From Lama guanicoe (lineage: Eukaryota), in assembly GCA_013239625.1 (NCBI GenBank), contig MU054323.1:18494819-18558818 (forward strand): a stretch of DNA of 64,000 nt, read 5' to 3'. Below the pieces are notes generated by a model. That model was not told where the DNA came from. It did no database searches and saw only the letters and a program-made list of their open reading frames with translations. Positions 14,229 through 27,900 of the stretch are shown piece by piece. The translations under genes were made by a program, and so were the position numbers. Positions within the stretch are counted from its first letter, which is position 1, and each line of letters starts with the position of its first letter.

Positions 14229-16444
14229 GATCCCAGCACAGACAGAGATAACCATTCTATACCTAGTTTGCTTCTGTGACAATCAAGAAGTTTAAAGCTT
14301 GTGGAGTTAGCTTGAATTCAATTTTTAAAAGTCTATTCAAGTTCTCAGATGGAATTTAATGTAGAACACATACCCACTATAAAAGCTGAAGAGCTCACTC
14401 CGATATTTTGCCAATACGGGGCTATTAAGAAAGAGCCCGAGGAGATCTAATGCTGTTGGTGATGCACACATTAACAAAGCATTTCCAATCCGGTTTATGT
14501 AACTTGATACCCCCCACCAGCAGTTCGTGAAACTATAATTGCATCAGAATATCCCCAGTGAGTGTCACGCAAAATTGCATATTAACACTTTTAACTTGAT
14601 TAGTGCTTTGCAGTTTCCAAAGCACTCTGCTGTTGCAGCTCAACAGCAATACTAAGAGATAAGCTGGTTGAATATTCTTGTACCCATTTTCCATATAACT
14701 AAGCTGAGGCTTAGAGAGGTCAAGGGCCCCCAGGCCATGCTGATACGCAGTAGGATTAGACTCAATTATATGTCAAAGATGTCAGATCCTTGCCTGCATA
14801 GTCTAGTGACAAAATACCCTTTAAAAAGAATAAATAATGATCATCAGAATTGTCTTGAAATGCCAAGTATGGGCTTTGATGTCCAGTGGATGTGAGACTT
14901 ACTCAGTTTCTTCAAGACACTCTATCATCTTCACAAAGAAGTTTCACAAGGAAAAAAAAAACTTATCTGTGTCAAACTACTTTTTTTTTTAACCAAGGGC
15001 TGTAAGACAGATGTTTAGATAATTCTTTGATTTGTCGAAGTTTGACTGAAATCATCACTAATTCTTCTGCACAAGTGGGTTCTGCCAGCTGCACTCGAAG
15101 CATGCTTCCTCGTCCTAAGAGAGCAAAATAAAGTGTTTCTTGGCAAGTGATCAGTGCCTTAATTATTTTATTGCTACGGTTTTTAGGATTTCAATCATTA
15201 TACTTAATGGCATTTCCTGAGTAAAGAGGGTCCACCCGGGATCGGAGTGGGTTTTTCACAACTTCAGGAAAGCAGGAATCACCGACTACTCTGGCTTTGG
15301 CCGGATTTGGCCTTTCTACTAAAATAAGGGTTACCAGGTGTCCTGCTTCTTCGGGACTGTGCTACTTTTCAACAAATCACTCTGCGGATCTGACCCAAAG
15401 TAGGGCAATAAAAATGTCTCTTTTTCTGTGACATGCCAGATTCTTTTCCTCTCTCAGCTTTGACTCATTTGAGTTTCCACACCTTTCAGTGGCTGAGTTT
15501 GAAGTTTTTCCCAGCATGAAGAAACCCAGAATCTGTGGGTCCCATATTCTCTGTGCTTCGTGTAAAAGATCGCAACTACAGAGAGAAAACTTTCCACCAA
15601 GCAGGCAAGCCAAGTTCTCTAGATTGTATATCCCTTTCAGCAATCTCTGTGGTTGCCCCAGACATCAGAATCAGGGGTTGGCCGTACTCTACAACAATGC
15701 CAGCCCTGTCTGAAATGGTTTATTGCACGATGAATGCTCAAATGTCACCTCCTCCAGGGGGCCCTTCCCAATCCATTGCATCCTCCAGCCATCACACACA
15801 CAGCTGGCTGGAACTAACCTTTCCATTTTTCCATCCTTCCATAACACTCTTCTTATACTTCACTTCCAGTGATTATAACAGGCTGCCTAGTATCTGAGAG
15901 GCCCCAGTGGGACAAGTTTCATGGCCACTTCCCACATGGCCATGAATTTGTGAAACCTCAGCCCGTATTTGTAGGCTAGATTTGTCCCTCTTCAGTTTAG
16001 CAAAATCCAATGCATCTTGCAATATTCAGGTCAAATGTCCCCTACTGTGCCCCATTCCCCCTGTCTCCATACAGTTAGCCCAACCTTCCTTCCCAGTCTC
16101 AGATACTCATACATTCTTTGACATAACACTATACTGTCATTACTTATTTACACATCTGTCTTCTTCACTAGACTGTGAATTCATCAAGACAGGATAAGCC
16201 CAATGAACTTCCACAGAGCCTAGCACATCGAACATACTCAGCAAGACTTGACAGTGCAAGCTCTCCTAGCCAATCTCTATCTGGTGATGAACTGATGATG
16301 AACTTGATGATGAACTTACGGCTCTCCACGGCACGTGAAGTACCTGCCCCCAGGATGATTCCCAGGTATGCTTGGATGGTGGAATTGCACAGTTACCAAG
16401 GGTCAGGCTGTTTCTTCCCAAACCGGTTTATGTCACTTTTGTTA

Positions 16445-16920
16445 CTGTAATTGCATAATTTGATTCAACAGTATATGAACTAATGAAATACGGCTGTTTA
16501 AAACGACAGTTACTCCGAAGAAAATCAAGTAAAACGCTCTGCAAATACTCAGCTAAGACTAATTCTTACTGTTATTGTTCATAATTATCTAATTTGATGT
16601 GGGCAAGGCAGTTGTAGAAGATTGGGGAAAAAAAATCTCTATGCACTCTGCAGTTAGATTGCCTTGCAACTGTAACTGAAATGGAACATTGTACATTATG
16701 AGTGTGGTTTAGCAAATGAGAAAACACAGAATTACAACCAGTGGACTTTTTACTTAAAGAAAACCCTTATTTATTCTGTTAAAATATTAGTGAATGAAAG
16801 TTTGTTTGTATGTTTTAGTCAAAATAAAATGCCTATTTATTTTCAGTTTATTTATAATTCCTGCTTTAATTGGAGTTTTCATGAACTAACCACCAGGCAC
16901 AGAATTAGAGGGATTCTATC
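16445..16920. mobile_element. Possible Tigger/TcMar relic
   Basis: Ends aattagagggattctat (Tigger TIR-like). Internal gtggtttagcaaatgagaaaa...ccagtggac...ttaaagaaaa resembles the region encoding a pogo-type HTH. Confidence 0.35.
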
Positions 16921-17634
16921 GCAATTATTTTATGTCTTTCTTTATTGACTCCTTTGTTTGTTCATCTGAATATCTGATGAAGACTATACTTTATTTGTTT
17001 TCATGTTATCAAATGTACAATCTGTCTTATGAGTATAAGCTTGTTGACATATGAGTGTGGGACACAGTACTTGGCAAATTAAAGGTATCCAATGATTGTA
17101 TAATTAATTAATGTAGACCTGTTGCTCCTCGCTCGGATTCTGTCTTTTAAAATGTGTCCTGTTTTGATACATACACCTTCTTAACTCAAAAAAATGGAGT
17201 TGATACATTGCACAGGAATAAAAGTGGGAAGGAACAAGCTTTTCAAAATTAAATTTTGGTGTTCAAAATTAAATTTTTTTCTACATTTTTGCAAAGCTAA
17301 TTGAAACCAGATACATAGCTTTGTAGCCAGTCCACCTAAAAGGGGTTGATTGTTCCTCCTTGGTTGTGTCTGACTGTCACTGCTATGCATCTGCACAAAA
17401 GGGCACCGCCAAATGGAGAGAGATATTTTCATAGTCCAGTGGGCTGTGCTGATTATGCTGAACTCCACTGTCCGAGCAGAGGACTGACTTAGGGTATTTA
17501 AGAATTAGCTGAGACCGATGGGCCACTAACTAGGGGAATCTCCCACACTAATTAGTCAGTTCAGCCAAGCTGATGCACGTGTGCAGATGAGAGCGCAGGC
17601 CCAGGCGGCAGCTCAGACTGACACTGTTGATCAT

Positions 17635-18219
17635 GATCAGAAGGACCCTGCTGGTTTTTGACTGACGACGGGAAGACCTTTCCACGTGTACGGATCTACA
17701 GCTGGTCGAGGCGCTGTGTCATTTCCAAAAGCCAGTATCTACTCTTGACAACCGAACCACAGTCATCACTTCCCACCCAGGTCGGATTGTCAAGCATGGA
17801 GATATCAAGTGTGTGCTAAATGAAGGCACGCCAATTTATCATAGACCACATGAAAAGGGTCGCCTAATTGTTGAATTTAAGGTAAACTTTCCTGAGAATG
17901 GCTTTCTCTCCCATGATAAATTCTCTCTGCTGCAAAAACTCCTACTTGAGAGGAAGGAAATAGAAGAGACTGATGAAATGGATCAGGTAGAACTAGCGGA
18001 CTTTGACCGAAATCAAGCAAGACGGCACCATTAAAATGCAGAAGCACATGAGGATGACGAACATCATCCTCGGGGAGGTGTTCAGTGTCAGAACTCTTAA
18101 TGGGGCCAGTGGACACACTCACTGCTGGTGTTCTATCTGCAGTAGTGTATGAGAGAAGGGCTGTAATCATAATATGCTCGGTACTTGCTTTTGTTTTTGT
18201 TCTAATATTCAACTATAGT
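17635..18219 (+). pseudogene. DNAJA1: 5'-truncated processed pseudogene of DNAJA1 (Hsp40), C-terminal CDS plus proximal 3'UTR
   Basis: Translates DQKD...[71 protein letters not shown]...[15 protein letters not shown]...RHH*NAEAHEDDEHHPRGGVQCQNS*. It is intronless, with a frameshift near 17655-17675, a premature TAA at 18032-18034 and the native stop at 18098-18100, followed by DNAJA1-like 3'UTR. Confidence 0.93.
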
Positions 18220-18903
18220 CATATTTCAGATTGTGACTGAAAACTACACGACCTCTGTTCAAAGAAAATTACTGTGCACACTGTTCCCTTTTAGGCCACA
18301 TAAATAGGTAAACATTTATGTTACTGATGGGCAGAGCCACTGGGAAATCATCGTAACTTGCTTTAGGGATTGCTATTATGGACACTGATTTTGAGAATAT
18401 AATTAAATTCATAAAGGTACTTAAAATAGAATTGCTATAAAATGTAGAAGTCATTTGGAAACATTTCACAGGTCATATTAATACATCTATGTGTTCCCAG
18501 TCGACATAGTATATATTTGTTACATAATGTGTTTTGGCTGGACACTTCATAGAAGATGATTTTTGTCTCTGCAGTATCTTAACTCTCATTCCATAGGACT
18601 GTAAAAAGTGACTGATGATCGAGAAAATACTGGAAAACATTCCTTTCAATACTGACTACTGATTTCTAGACCACAAGAAGGGTCTATTTAAAACTCTGAG
18701 GCTCACTTACTGATGAGGTGGGCAAATCAAAACATCCTGTACATCTAGGCAACGCTATGTAATATTAGTACTTCATGACACTTTGGTAAATGCTTTTGTT
18801 ACACCCACTGCTTTCTGACAATTTTTGTTGAATTTTTTTTCTTAAAATATCTTGTTTTATTCAGAAGCTAGGGCCAAATCAAATGGTAACTCAAAGTAAA
18901 CAA

Positions 18904-19039
18904 GTGTGTGTGTGTATGTGTATATATATATATTTCATGCCAATTTTTTATTTTTTGTAGGTACTTTGCATGTATATGTATATGTATATAAATATATATA
19001 TATATACACACACACATACACACACACACATGTGTGTGT
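18904..19039. repeat. Compound (TG)n(TA)n...(TA)n(CA)n microsatellite forming an inverted repeat
   Basis: Left arm gtgtgtgtgtgtatgtgtatatatatatattt; right arm aaatatatatatatatacacacacacatacacacacacac. Confidence 0.88.
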
Positions 19040-20304
19040 AATGCTTCCAATGATGGTCTGAAGCTTTACCTAAAATATTCCTATTTCATATTTCATCTTG
19101 TTGATAGGCTGATTATTCAACAGAGAGATCACATCGACAGTTTGTGGATATCAACATTTGGCTAGTGTAGGAAGGATTTTTACCCCCTTTATGTTTTAGT
19201 TGCCCAAAAGAATGGTCTGAATCCTCTATCCCTGATCCCCTGGTGAATGTCCTGGGCACTAACAGGGTAATCCGAACACCTGATTCCTAAACTCTTTGGT
19301 GGCGATCTTAAGCCATGAATTTACAATATTTTCCGCTTACAATCTAACCTATGCTTCTGGGGTTTTCTCATAATATAATAGTAAGATAAAAATATTTATA
19401 ATTAAGTGTAAGTTTTAGCAAATGAAATTGCTCTAGTATGGTTTGGACTAAATGTGGTTACAAAAATCTTCGTGTTAGGTACCCAAAATCCCAAGCCTCC
19501 CACATGGACTACTTTTATGTCTTACCTAAAAAAAAAAATGTATTGCCCCATGCCATCCAATTGAAGACGCATCCAAAGTTCTCCCAGTGTTACTCCTTTC
19601 CTAGCCTCAATGTCGGTGTGTGGGTCTCATCACTAGCTGTAGGGCAGCAAAGGATGGAGTTTAAATTATGAGAAATTGTTTCACATAAATTTGTATTATA
19701 GAAACTTAGAAAGCTTACACACACAGAAAAGTCTAAGGGAGAAAATTACTATTATAGTAATCCAACACAGCCTGATAACCTGGTTACTTACACCCAATTT
19801 ATAGACACATACACATAGTTTGGTATTCTACCATTTAACAACATGTCATGAACATTTCCCTTCATCATTCAAAATTCTTCAAAACCATGCTTTTCAATGG
19901 CAACATAATATTCCACAATATGGATATACAATAATTTATTGTGGGGATGCTAGAGTGAAAGACATGTCTTACTGGGAGATCTGGGTTATACAGCCTAGTT
20001 CTGTAGTAAAGTCAAAGGATTAGTAGAAAGTATAACACTTTCTGATGTTATTTAAGTGACAGATTCAGCTCTTTTCCTAGCCTCTTCATTGGCATTCCTT
20101 AAAGGGAAGATTCTGTTCAGCTTGCAACTATCTCTTGGCTTGGAATCATATAATTATTTACCACTTTTTTTTTTTAAGTTTTCAGTTATGAACAAGGTGC
20201 TATCTTAAATGGGGCTGATTCACCTCAGCTCCCAGTCTGATGGCAATTTCTCACCTACTTCCTGCTAATTATTCTAAACAGTTCTAGGAGCATAATTATG
20301 ATCC

Positions 20305-20480
20305 CAGTAGTTCTCCAAGTGTGGTCTCTGAATCAGCCATCTCAGAGTTACTGGAGAATTTGCTAGAATGCCAATGCTTGGGCGCCGTTCCAGATTTACT
20401 AACTCAGAAACTCGGGATTAGACTCAGCCATTTGTGCTTTAATAAACCCCCAGGTGATCCTGATGCTGACTCAAGCATGA
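20305..20480. mobile_element. MER5A (hAT-Charlie MITE)
   Basis: cagtagttctccaagtgtggtc...ccagatttactaactcagaaactc...tttaataaacccccaggtgatcctgatgc. Confidence 0.8.
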
Positions 20481-20730
20481 TCCTATAGACAGACCCTGCT
20501 GTTCAGGTAAGCCATTTCACATAAGCGGAAACCCACCTGGGCATCCATCAATTCTCTGAACAACTGATGCATACTATTCATCCCAGCAGTGTTTTAATAT
20601 CACTACTCTGCATCCATCTTCATCTGAACACTTTGGTATGATCACTTCAAATGAGTTCCCTAAGAAGATGCAGAGTAAATTCCATCAAAGGTCTCTAACC
20701 AGATTGTTGGATGTTACATCTCAACCTAAC

Positions 20731-20941
20731 ATTTATTTATTTATTTTTTAATTGAAGTATAGTCAGTTACAATGTATCAATTTCTGGTATACAATATAAT
20801 GTCTCAGTCATGTGTGTGTATATATATATATTCACTTTCATATTCTTTTTCATTAACAGTTATTACAGGATATTGAATATAGTACCCTGTACTATGCAGA
20901 AGAAATCTGTTTTTTAATCTATTTTTACATACAGTGGTTAT
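20731..20941 (-). mobile_element. L1 3'UTR end fragment
   Basis: (ATTT)n tail then aattgaagtatagtcagttacaatg...gatattgaatatagtaccctgtactat. Degenerate TSD atctcaacctaac / atctcactctaaa. Confidence 0.85.
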
Positions 20942-21959
20942 CTCACTCTAAATTTTCTATTCTCAAGGGTCAAACGGTAAACGTGGGAGCAACCCCATGG
21001 CTCTTTGTGGGTTTACCTTAAGGCAGCTCTAGCATGCTGTAGAGCTCGTTCTAGGCAGATCACTGACAAGACAGTCCAGCTTATGGAAGCTGTTTTTATT
21101 TCCTTTTGATTTGTTTCTGACCTGAGAAATGTGACTCCTCTGCTAATTCTTCCTGCCCAGTGTTCTAGTCTCCGCCAAAATGTACGTACATGTACTATAA
21201 TATGTATTTTAAGCTATAATCAATATATAATATAACATTGTATTTAAATAAGTCCATTTTAGGAGAAAGGCTACCTTAAGAAAAACATATTTATTACTCT
21301 GAATATGAAGGAGATGGTGTCACATTAAGGGATTTGAATAAACAGGAATATGCATTCTTTTGAAAAAACGAAGTATAGATCTAGAAATGGTTTTTGGAAG
21401 CTCTGTCCTCCTATTTTAAGAAAATCCAATTTTTCTGGCTAATAGGAAACCAGAAGCTTACAGTCTAATCTCTCTCTTCCCACTCAATGTGGTGTAGTCA
21501 CAGAGCCACAAGGAATTTGACACTAACCATAAAAGCTCCTGTAAATCTCCTGAGATTTATGAGAGAATTACATCCTTCATGCTTTTTCTTTCTCAGAGTC
21601 TGAACTTCAAAGTCTCCGGGACTAGAAGGGCCCTTAGCAATCACCCAGTCTCCACACCGTGGAACTCTGAGTCCCAGACCCTAGAACTACCGAATCTTAT
21701 AGGAAATTTAGGGGGCACTGGAACCAAATGTCCTCACTTGTCAGCTGATACAATGAAGTCAGGTAGACAGAAAGGTTTGTCCACATCACACAGTGATAAA
21801 GAGCCAGGGATCTAGTTTTTCAGGCAGAGCCTTCAGCCTCATGTCAATAGCCTCTATCACTCCCAATATCACCCCAGTGACTAAATGTGCCTTATCACTG
21901 AGATGTTTTTACACAGAGCCTAAACTAAGTTATCCAAGATCAAGTTAAACATTACTTCT

Positions 21960-22494
21960 TCTCACAGCCAAAATGTCCATCAATAGATGACTGGATAAAG
22001 AAGATGTGGTATATTTATACAATGGAATATTATTCAGCCATAAAAATGACAACATAATGCCATTTGCAGCAACAAGGATGTTCTTGGAGAATGTCATTCG
22101 AAGTGAAGTAAGCCAGAAAGAGAAAGAAAAATACCATATGAGATCGCTCATATGTGGAATCTATAAAAAAAAAAACAAAACATAAATACAAAACAGAAAA
22201 AGACTCACAGACATAGAATACAGACTTGTGGTTGTGAAGAGGGACAGTGGGAAGGGATAGACTGGGAGTTTAAAATTTGTAGATATGGACAGGCATATGT
22301 AGAATACATAAACAAGATTATACTGTATATAGCACAGGGAAATATATACAAGATCTTGTGGTAGCTCACAGCAAAAAAAAAAGTCACAATGAATATATGT
22401 ATGTTCATGTATAACTGAAAAATTGTGCTCTACACTGGAATTTGACACAACATTGTAAAATTACTATAACTCAATAAAAAAAAGTTTAAAAAAA
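21960..22494 (+). mobile_element. 5'-truncated L1 (ORF2 C-terminus, 3'UTR, poly-A)
   Basis: Contains ccaaaatgtccatcaatagatgactggataaagaagatgtggt...gaagtaagccag, then AATAAA and poly-A. Perfect 13-bp TSD aaacattacttct (21947-21959 / 22495-22507) at a TT/AAAC endonuclease-like site. Confidence 0.93.
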
Positions 22495-24278
22495 AAACAT
22501 TACTTCTCATTCAGTCCTTAAGTGGGGATATCAAAATACTGGTTGCCCTCTCTTTAAAAAAAAAATCTATGTATCTAAAAATCTTTTATCATAGAATTTC
22601 AGATAAGATGGAATCTCAAGGGGTCATCTTATCTACCCCTGCAACTGAGTGTTCCTAAACAGAGAACAAAACAGCAAGAAACCTCATCTATTACTTCAGA
22701 TTTCCAAGAAAGGAAGATAAATGCCTTGGTAAATTTAGAACACATACATATTAGGCTCATTTACTGATAAAAGTGGGAAAAATATCACCCGGTGCATCTA
22801 AGTAACACTGTGTGGTACCATGGTTGGTATAACAAGTTGGCATCAATTGTAGGTGAGCGCTCATTGCTGAAGAGTTACCAAAATGGCTTGGTGCTCTGGA
22901 TAAAGCATCTTTAAACCTTGTAAAACTTTCCAAGATTTTGTCTACCCCATCTGCCTTCTTCGCATGCCCTCTTGTTTGCTGGTAATGAAATGCTGATGAT
23001 CAAAGTATTAGAGGAGAAGATAAGGAAACTAACAAGCGGATGAGGGAAACACCATAGTTGTGATCAATGGATCAGAGAAAGGCCTCTGGCCTTCATGTTT
23101 ACAAATGCTGGGGCAGATTCACTTCTGGGTTCACTTATTTTTACCCTACATGGATTTAAATACTTACTGTCTGTGCCTTTTGAGAACCCGAAAGATTATA
23201 GTGTATAGTATATAGTGTATAGATTATAGTGTATAGTAAATGCATATGCTTTTGGTGGCAAGAGTCAGTAGATAAAACAAGGATGGGAGAAATATGTCGT
23301 CAGATCAGTGCCAGTACCGACTGAATTTGATGGTCTTTCATCTTTAGCCCAGATAAACAAACTCACGCAGATTAAAAAAAAAAAAAAAGTAAACTGTCTC
23401 ATCTTTTACAACATTTGATAACCCTTTCACAGAATTATATAATGTCAAAAACAAAATCACAATGTCCAAAACACCAAAGTTAGCATCACCTCTAGCCTTT
23501 CTGAAAATTTAAAAAAGGGGAAACTAGAACACACTTCTAACCTTATAGCCCTGTATTATTTAGTTAGGGGGAAAAAAAACCCAACATCCAACCACATGTA
23601 TTCGATTATGCTTTAGGGTCATTTCTCAAAGCAAGTACATTAAGGAAACAACCAGTCTTTGCTTGTGGTCACTCTATCTGGCATTGTAATATTAAAAAAA
23701 ACCTCACAAATAAAATTCATGAAATGACACTGACAGGATCAAAGGAAGGATGTCTATGCTCCAAATGTCTATCTGTCCTCTCTTAGCTCAATGGCTTTTC
23801 AGTATATAAAAATAATCTGCACTCCCGTTTGCTATAAAATATTATTACATTCTTTTCTTATTTCCATGGTGAAGTCTTAATTCTGAAACATATAGTCTAA
23901 TGTATGTAAGGTCTTTCTAGTTCCACATAAACCCATATGAAGATGCTGCCAGCAAAAACAATGAGGAGGCTAACTGTGTAATGTAAAGGGATAAAAATGG
24001 GGACTGTTATCCCTGTGTTCTTTGATCTGTCAAAAAGTACCCTGTAACATAATTGGATACCACAGATAGAAGAATTGGTGATTTTATTTACATCAGATAC
24101 TCTGTTACCAGACAAAGAACTAACATAATCCAAGAGGGCTAAATCACCCAATCAACCAAAAGATTGAAAAGTTCAGCATTCTTTCTTATGCATATTACCT
24201 TTGGCACGGCAGTGAGTTACTCAGACATCACAAGCCCTGAGAACACAACTTGGTAACTTTAAACTAGTTGTTCTAAAC

Positions 24279-24473
24279 CAGTGGTCATTTGTCCTCTAGG
24301 TGACAAGTGTCAGGGTCTAGAGACATCTTTAACTGTTGAAATTTGCAGGATGCTACTGGCATCTAGTGAGGAGGGTCCAGAAATGCTACTAAGTCTCCTA
24401 GAATGCAAAGAACAGCCACCACAATAGACTTATCTGGGCCAAAATGTCAACAGTGCTCAGCTGAGAACCCCTG
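24279..24473 (+). mobile_element. MER20 (hAT-Charlie MITE)
   Basis: cagtggt...gtctagagacatcttt...tgctactggcatctagtg...ggccaaaatgtcaacagtgc...gagaacccctg. Degenerate 8-bp TSD ttctaaac / ccctaaac. Confidence 0.85.
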
Positions 24474-24924
24474 CCCTAAACATTAAAACTAGACACCCAA
24501 AACAGTTGCAATGTTACACAAATTCCTACATTCTAAGGGGGTAGGGGAAGGACCATCATTCTAGGGAGAGTAATTTGTTCCAATTTAGGTGTCCAATAAC
24601 CTAATAAGTGTTTGCCTTCTCTAATGTGGATTTAACAGAGTAGTAAAATTTAACTTTTGTATTTAAAGTATGATGTTTACTCGCTGCATTTTGGGGGATT
24701 TTCTGCAAAAGAGATAATGGTAACAAAGCAAATGACAGATTTAATTTTACCGTCAGGTTTCCGCTATACTCTTTGATAAGATTATAGAGTATATCATGAA
24801 TGTCTAACATACATTTGTTGATTTGTGAAAAAAATAAAATATCGTGAACCGATTTCTGCTCTCCTCCCTTCTAAAGAACTGGGATTGCATTTTTCCCCCT
24901 TTCTCTAACATGTATACAGTACCT

Positions 24925-24938
24925 GTTGCCATGGCAAT
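24925..24938. promoter_or_regulatory. RFX X-box motif
   Basis: GTTGCCATGGCAAT matches 13 of 14 bases of the palindromic RFX consensus GTTGCCATGGCAAC and lies in unique-looking sequence. Function is untested. Confidence 0.45.
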
Positions 24939-27900
24939 CACTGATTTAGCACAACATGTTTTTCCTTCCTTCTTCCAAAAAATTAGTTTCCACTCCCGCC
25001 AAGAAGGAACATATTAATCTACCCATTATGCTAGCTTAGGGAAGTTGAAAGCCACAGAAGTTGTCATTTACACAAAGATTCCCAGAAAGTCGACTATTAG
25101 TAACTTTTGTGCCAAGAACTTTACCCCAGTCCCAGAGAGGAAATGGGTCAATGAAATAAAAGATTCTGGAGCTAAGGAGGTAAGTTCTCTCTTCTTTTCC
25201 ACAAAGTTTCCCAGCAAGGTGTGAAACCTCAAATTCCTCAATATCATGTCTGCCTAAACAAAGTAATTCTCTTACTGGTTATAGCTTTAAAAGACCCAGG
25301 ACATCCAGAAAACGGAGACTAACTAGACAACACTTTTTAAGACAAACATTTGTCTTAATCTACTTGCCTCTGAGGATAGAGCCAAAACAATAACAACAAT
25401 AACAAACAAAAAAATCGTTTGAGGTGAGTAATATAAGAAACAGGAAAACCTTGTTGAAGAAACTAGAATCAGCTCTTCAATTCTTGATACAAAAAAAAAC
25501 AGTCCTGCTTGAGTCTCCCGACTGACTAAATTCTTTCTAATATTAGGTAACTTAGATCTTAAAACTGATCTGGCCTTGCTATTCAGACCTTGAAATGCCT
25601 ATAAACATACCCTTCAGAACTGTGTCCAGGCCTGTTTTAGGACAACAGTCTGTGTTAATCTGGATTCTTACAACTGACATTCCAAGCTAGGAAAGCTAGA
25701 TTCTTCCCAATTTCTCAAGTCAAATCCACTGGCTTTCCTGCCTGTGGTTTTCCAAAAATCTGTTCAACCACTAATGGGAATTGCTGCCTACTTGGATCTG
25801 GGCATGTGAGTCAAGAACATAGGTTGACTTTATACTCTCTCAAATTTCTCACCTGTTTGCTGCATCTAAGAGACGAAAGGCAGTGGAAGGTAGAGATACA
25901 AAAGGGGAACTGAAGGATTTTCCATTTTCAGAAATGCCTACTTGTTACCAGAGCGATGAGAACTCAAAATTAAGACATGGGAAAGGAAAGATTAGAGATG
26001 TGAAGTTAAAGCTGTCCCTTATCCAGAGCTTCACAGAACTGGATCACAGCTATATAGGAGCCTCAAAGCAGGAACGGCCTGCTGTAAAGAAGAGATGGAG
26101 AGGACCATTCATTTTCACCAACAGCCTGCCCGGAGAAGGAACACAGGCTGCCTTTTAAACGGATCCTTCAATCTGGCCTTGAAACTGACCCTTAAAAAAC
26201 TTAAAATTCAGCATATTTGTTATTATTTTCCACTAGGAAAGAAAAAAACAGGCTGTGCGTTTCCTTTTAACATCATGGTTATGGGCAAGAATTTAAACGG
26301 AAGAAAGACATTACTTCCTTGGATGCCTTGCTGAAAATACTCTTAAAGGAATGCATCTCTGTTAGCAAAACAAAAACATTAGATAAAATTCTTTTTAAAG
26401 CAATTGGTCTCTAAAGGATGCATGTAAGACATATGTAATTGGGAGCAAATACGCATTCACCTGCACGTAGGGAGACCATTCTTCTGCTTTAGATCCTTAG
26501 AAAGTATTTGTTAACTTGGCAACAGTTTGAGAGGCGTCACCTTTCCACTAGATGTCAATTGTTCAATCATGAATCTCGAATGTTACATGGATCTACAGAT
26601 GGTGTGCGAACCACTTATAGCCCAGGTTTCAATTCTGTTGCCAATAATTATAATAATAATGATGATGATGATAATAATGCCACCATTCTATTCTAGTATC
26701 TAATGCAAACTTAAGATCGTTTGCATGAAATGATCTAGAAAACCATGACAGAAATTTGAAAGCAATGGATTCCAAAACAAGACTGTTATCAAAGGATAAC
26801 AGGCAGTGGCAACACCTTTTCAATTACCTACACGGCCTGGGAAAAATAGTTGACGATGAAAAAGTGTGATGAGGAATACCTGGTTAACTCAATATTTTCT
26901 GGAACCTGATGTTTCTGTATAAAGAGAAAAAAGTTACTGGTGTAAATAAGCTTTTATCTCTCGAGCAGGATCCTTTTTGCCACTGTCATCTCTAGAAACT
27001 AAGCAGCACACAGGTACAGAGATAAAAGCAGCAAGCCGGAGAAACACTAGGAGTCTGTGTTGATGACAACTAATCCAGTGGTGATGACTTGACTTTCTAG
27101 GTCAGTCCTCTCGCTAGTGTAGAGACCTACTTCTCAGGATGGTGTTGGGAAGATATACTTTCTCAGTTTGAATAAGATTTAACAGGTTCTAAGCAGGAAG
27201 ATCAGAGTTTGAATCTGCAATTTCTATGGCCCTGGGAAAGTAATGTCTTAGTGTTGCTTCCTTAACTGAAAAATGGAGATGAGCATCTCCTAGGACTGCC
27301 AGGTAGGGAAGAAAGGCAGTGGAAGGGAGAGAAGCAAAAGCAAATTAGTGAATTTTATTAAACGGAAGAAAACTGAACTGTTTTCTTATGGATTAAATAC
27401 AAATAAGCACATAAGGCTTAATATAATTCCTGGTACAGGGTAAGTATCCAATAACGTGTCTGACCCTTTCCCTGGGTCTCTTCCACAGCTATATTCCCAT
27501 ATTCAGTATTTGTGGTGTAAGCAGGTTATAAGCTAATGGTCCCATTTGATGGTTTAGTTTATGACTGTCAGGCTGGTTCTCTCAGTTGATAAAAGTGAGT
27601 ATTATGGACAATAAAGTTCAGGATCTGTTCCAACAAGGATTAATTGGCGTGTCTTATTCCATAGTCAAAGGTCACCTCGATCAAATTTTCCATTGATTTC
27701 AGTGAGGACAAGGAATGAGAACTTGCCACAAATCTGCTCTCACTGGTGGAAAATCAATTCAAGGAGCATCACCCACAAATTGTGGGCATGAGCACCGCCT
27801 GTGCACTCAAAATTTTCTTGTTGTCACTATTATATATCTGGATACATTTGCAGAGACCGACTACTCCAGGTGAGACTTTTCCACCCTGGTTGCAAAAATG

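Noticed and set aside
23193..23238. Short tandem duplication agattatagtgtatagta (also gatgatgaactt units at ~16285-16318)
   Set aside because: Ordinary slippage with no spacer structure, so not CRISPR-like.
6232..24589. Isolated MEF2 sites (6232-6241, 11274-11283) and CArG boxes (21254-21263, 24580-24589)
   Set aside because: Tempting for a cardiac gene, but several are expected by chance in AT-rich DNA and they are not clustered.
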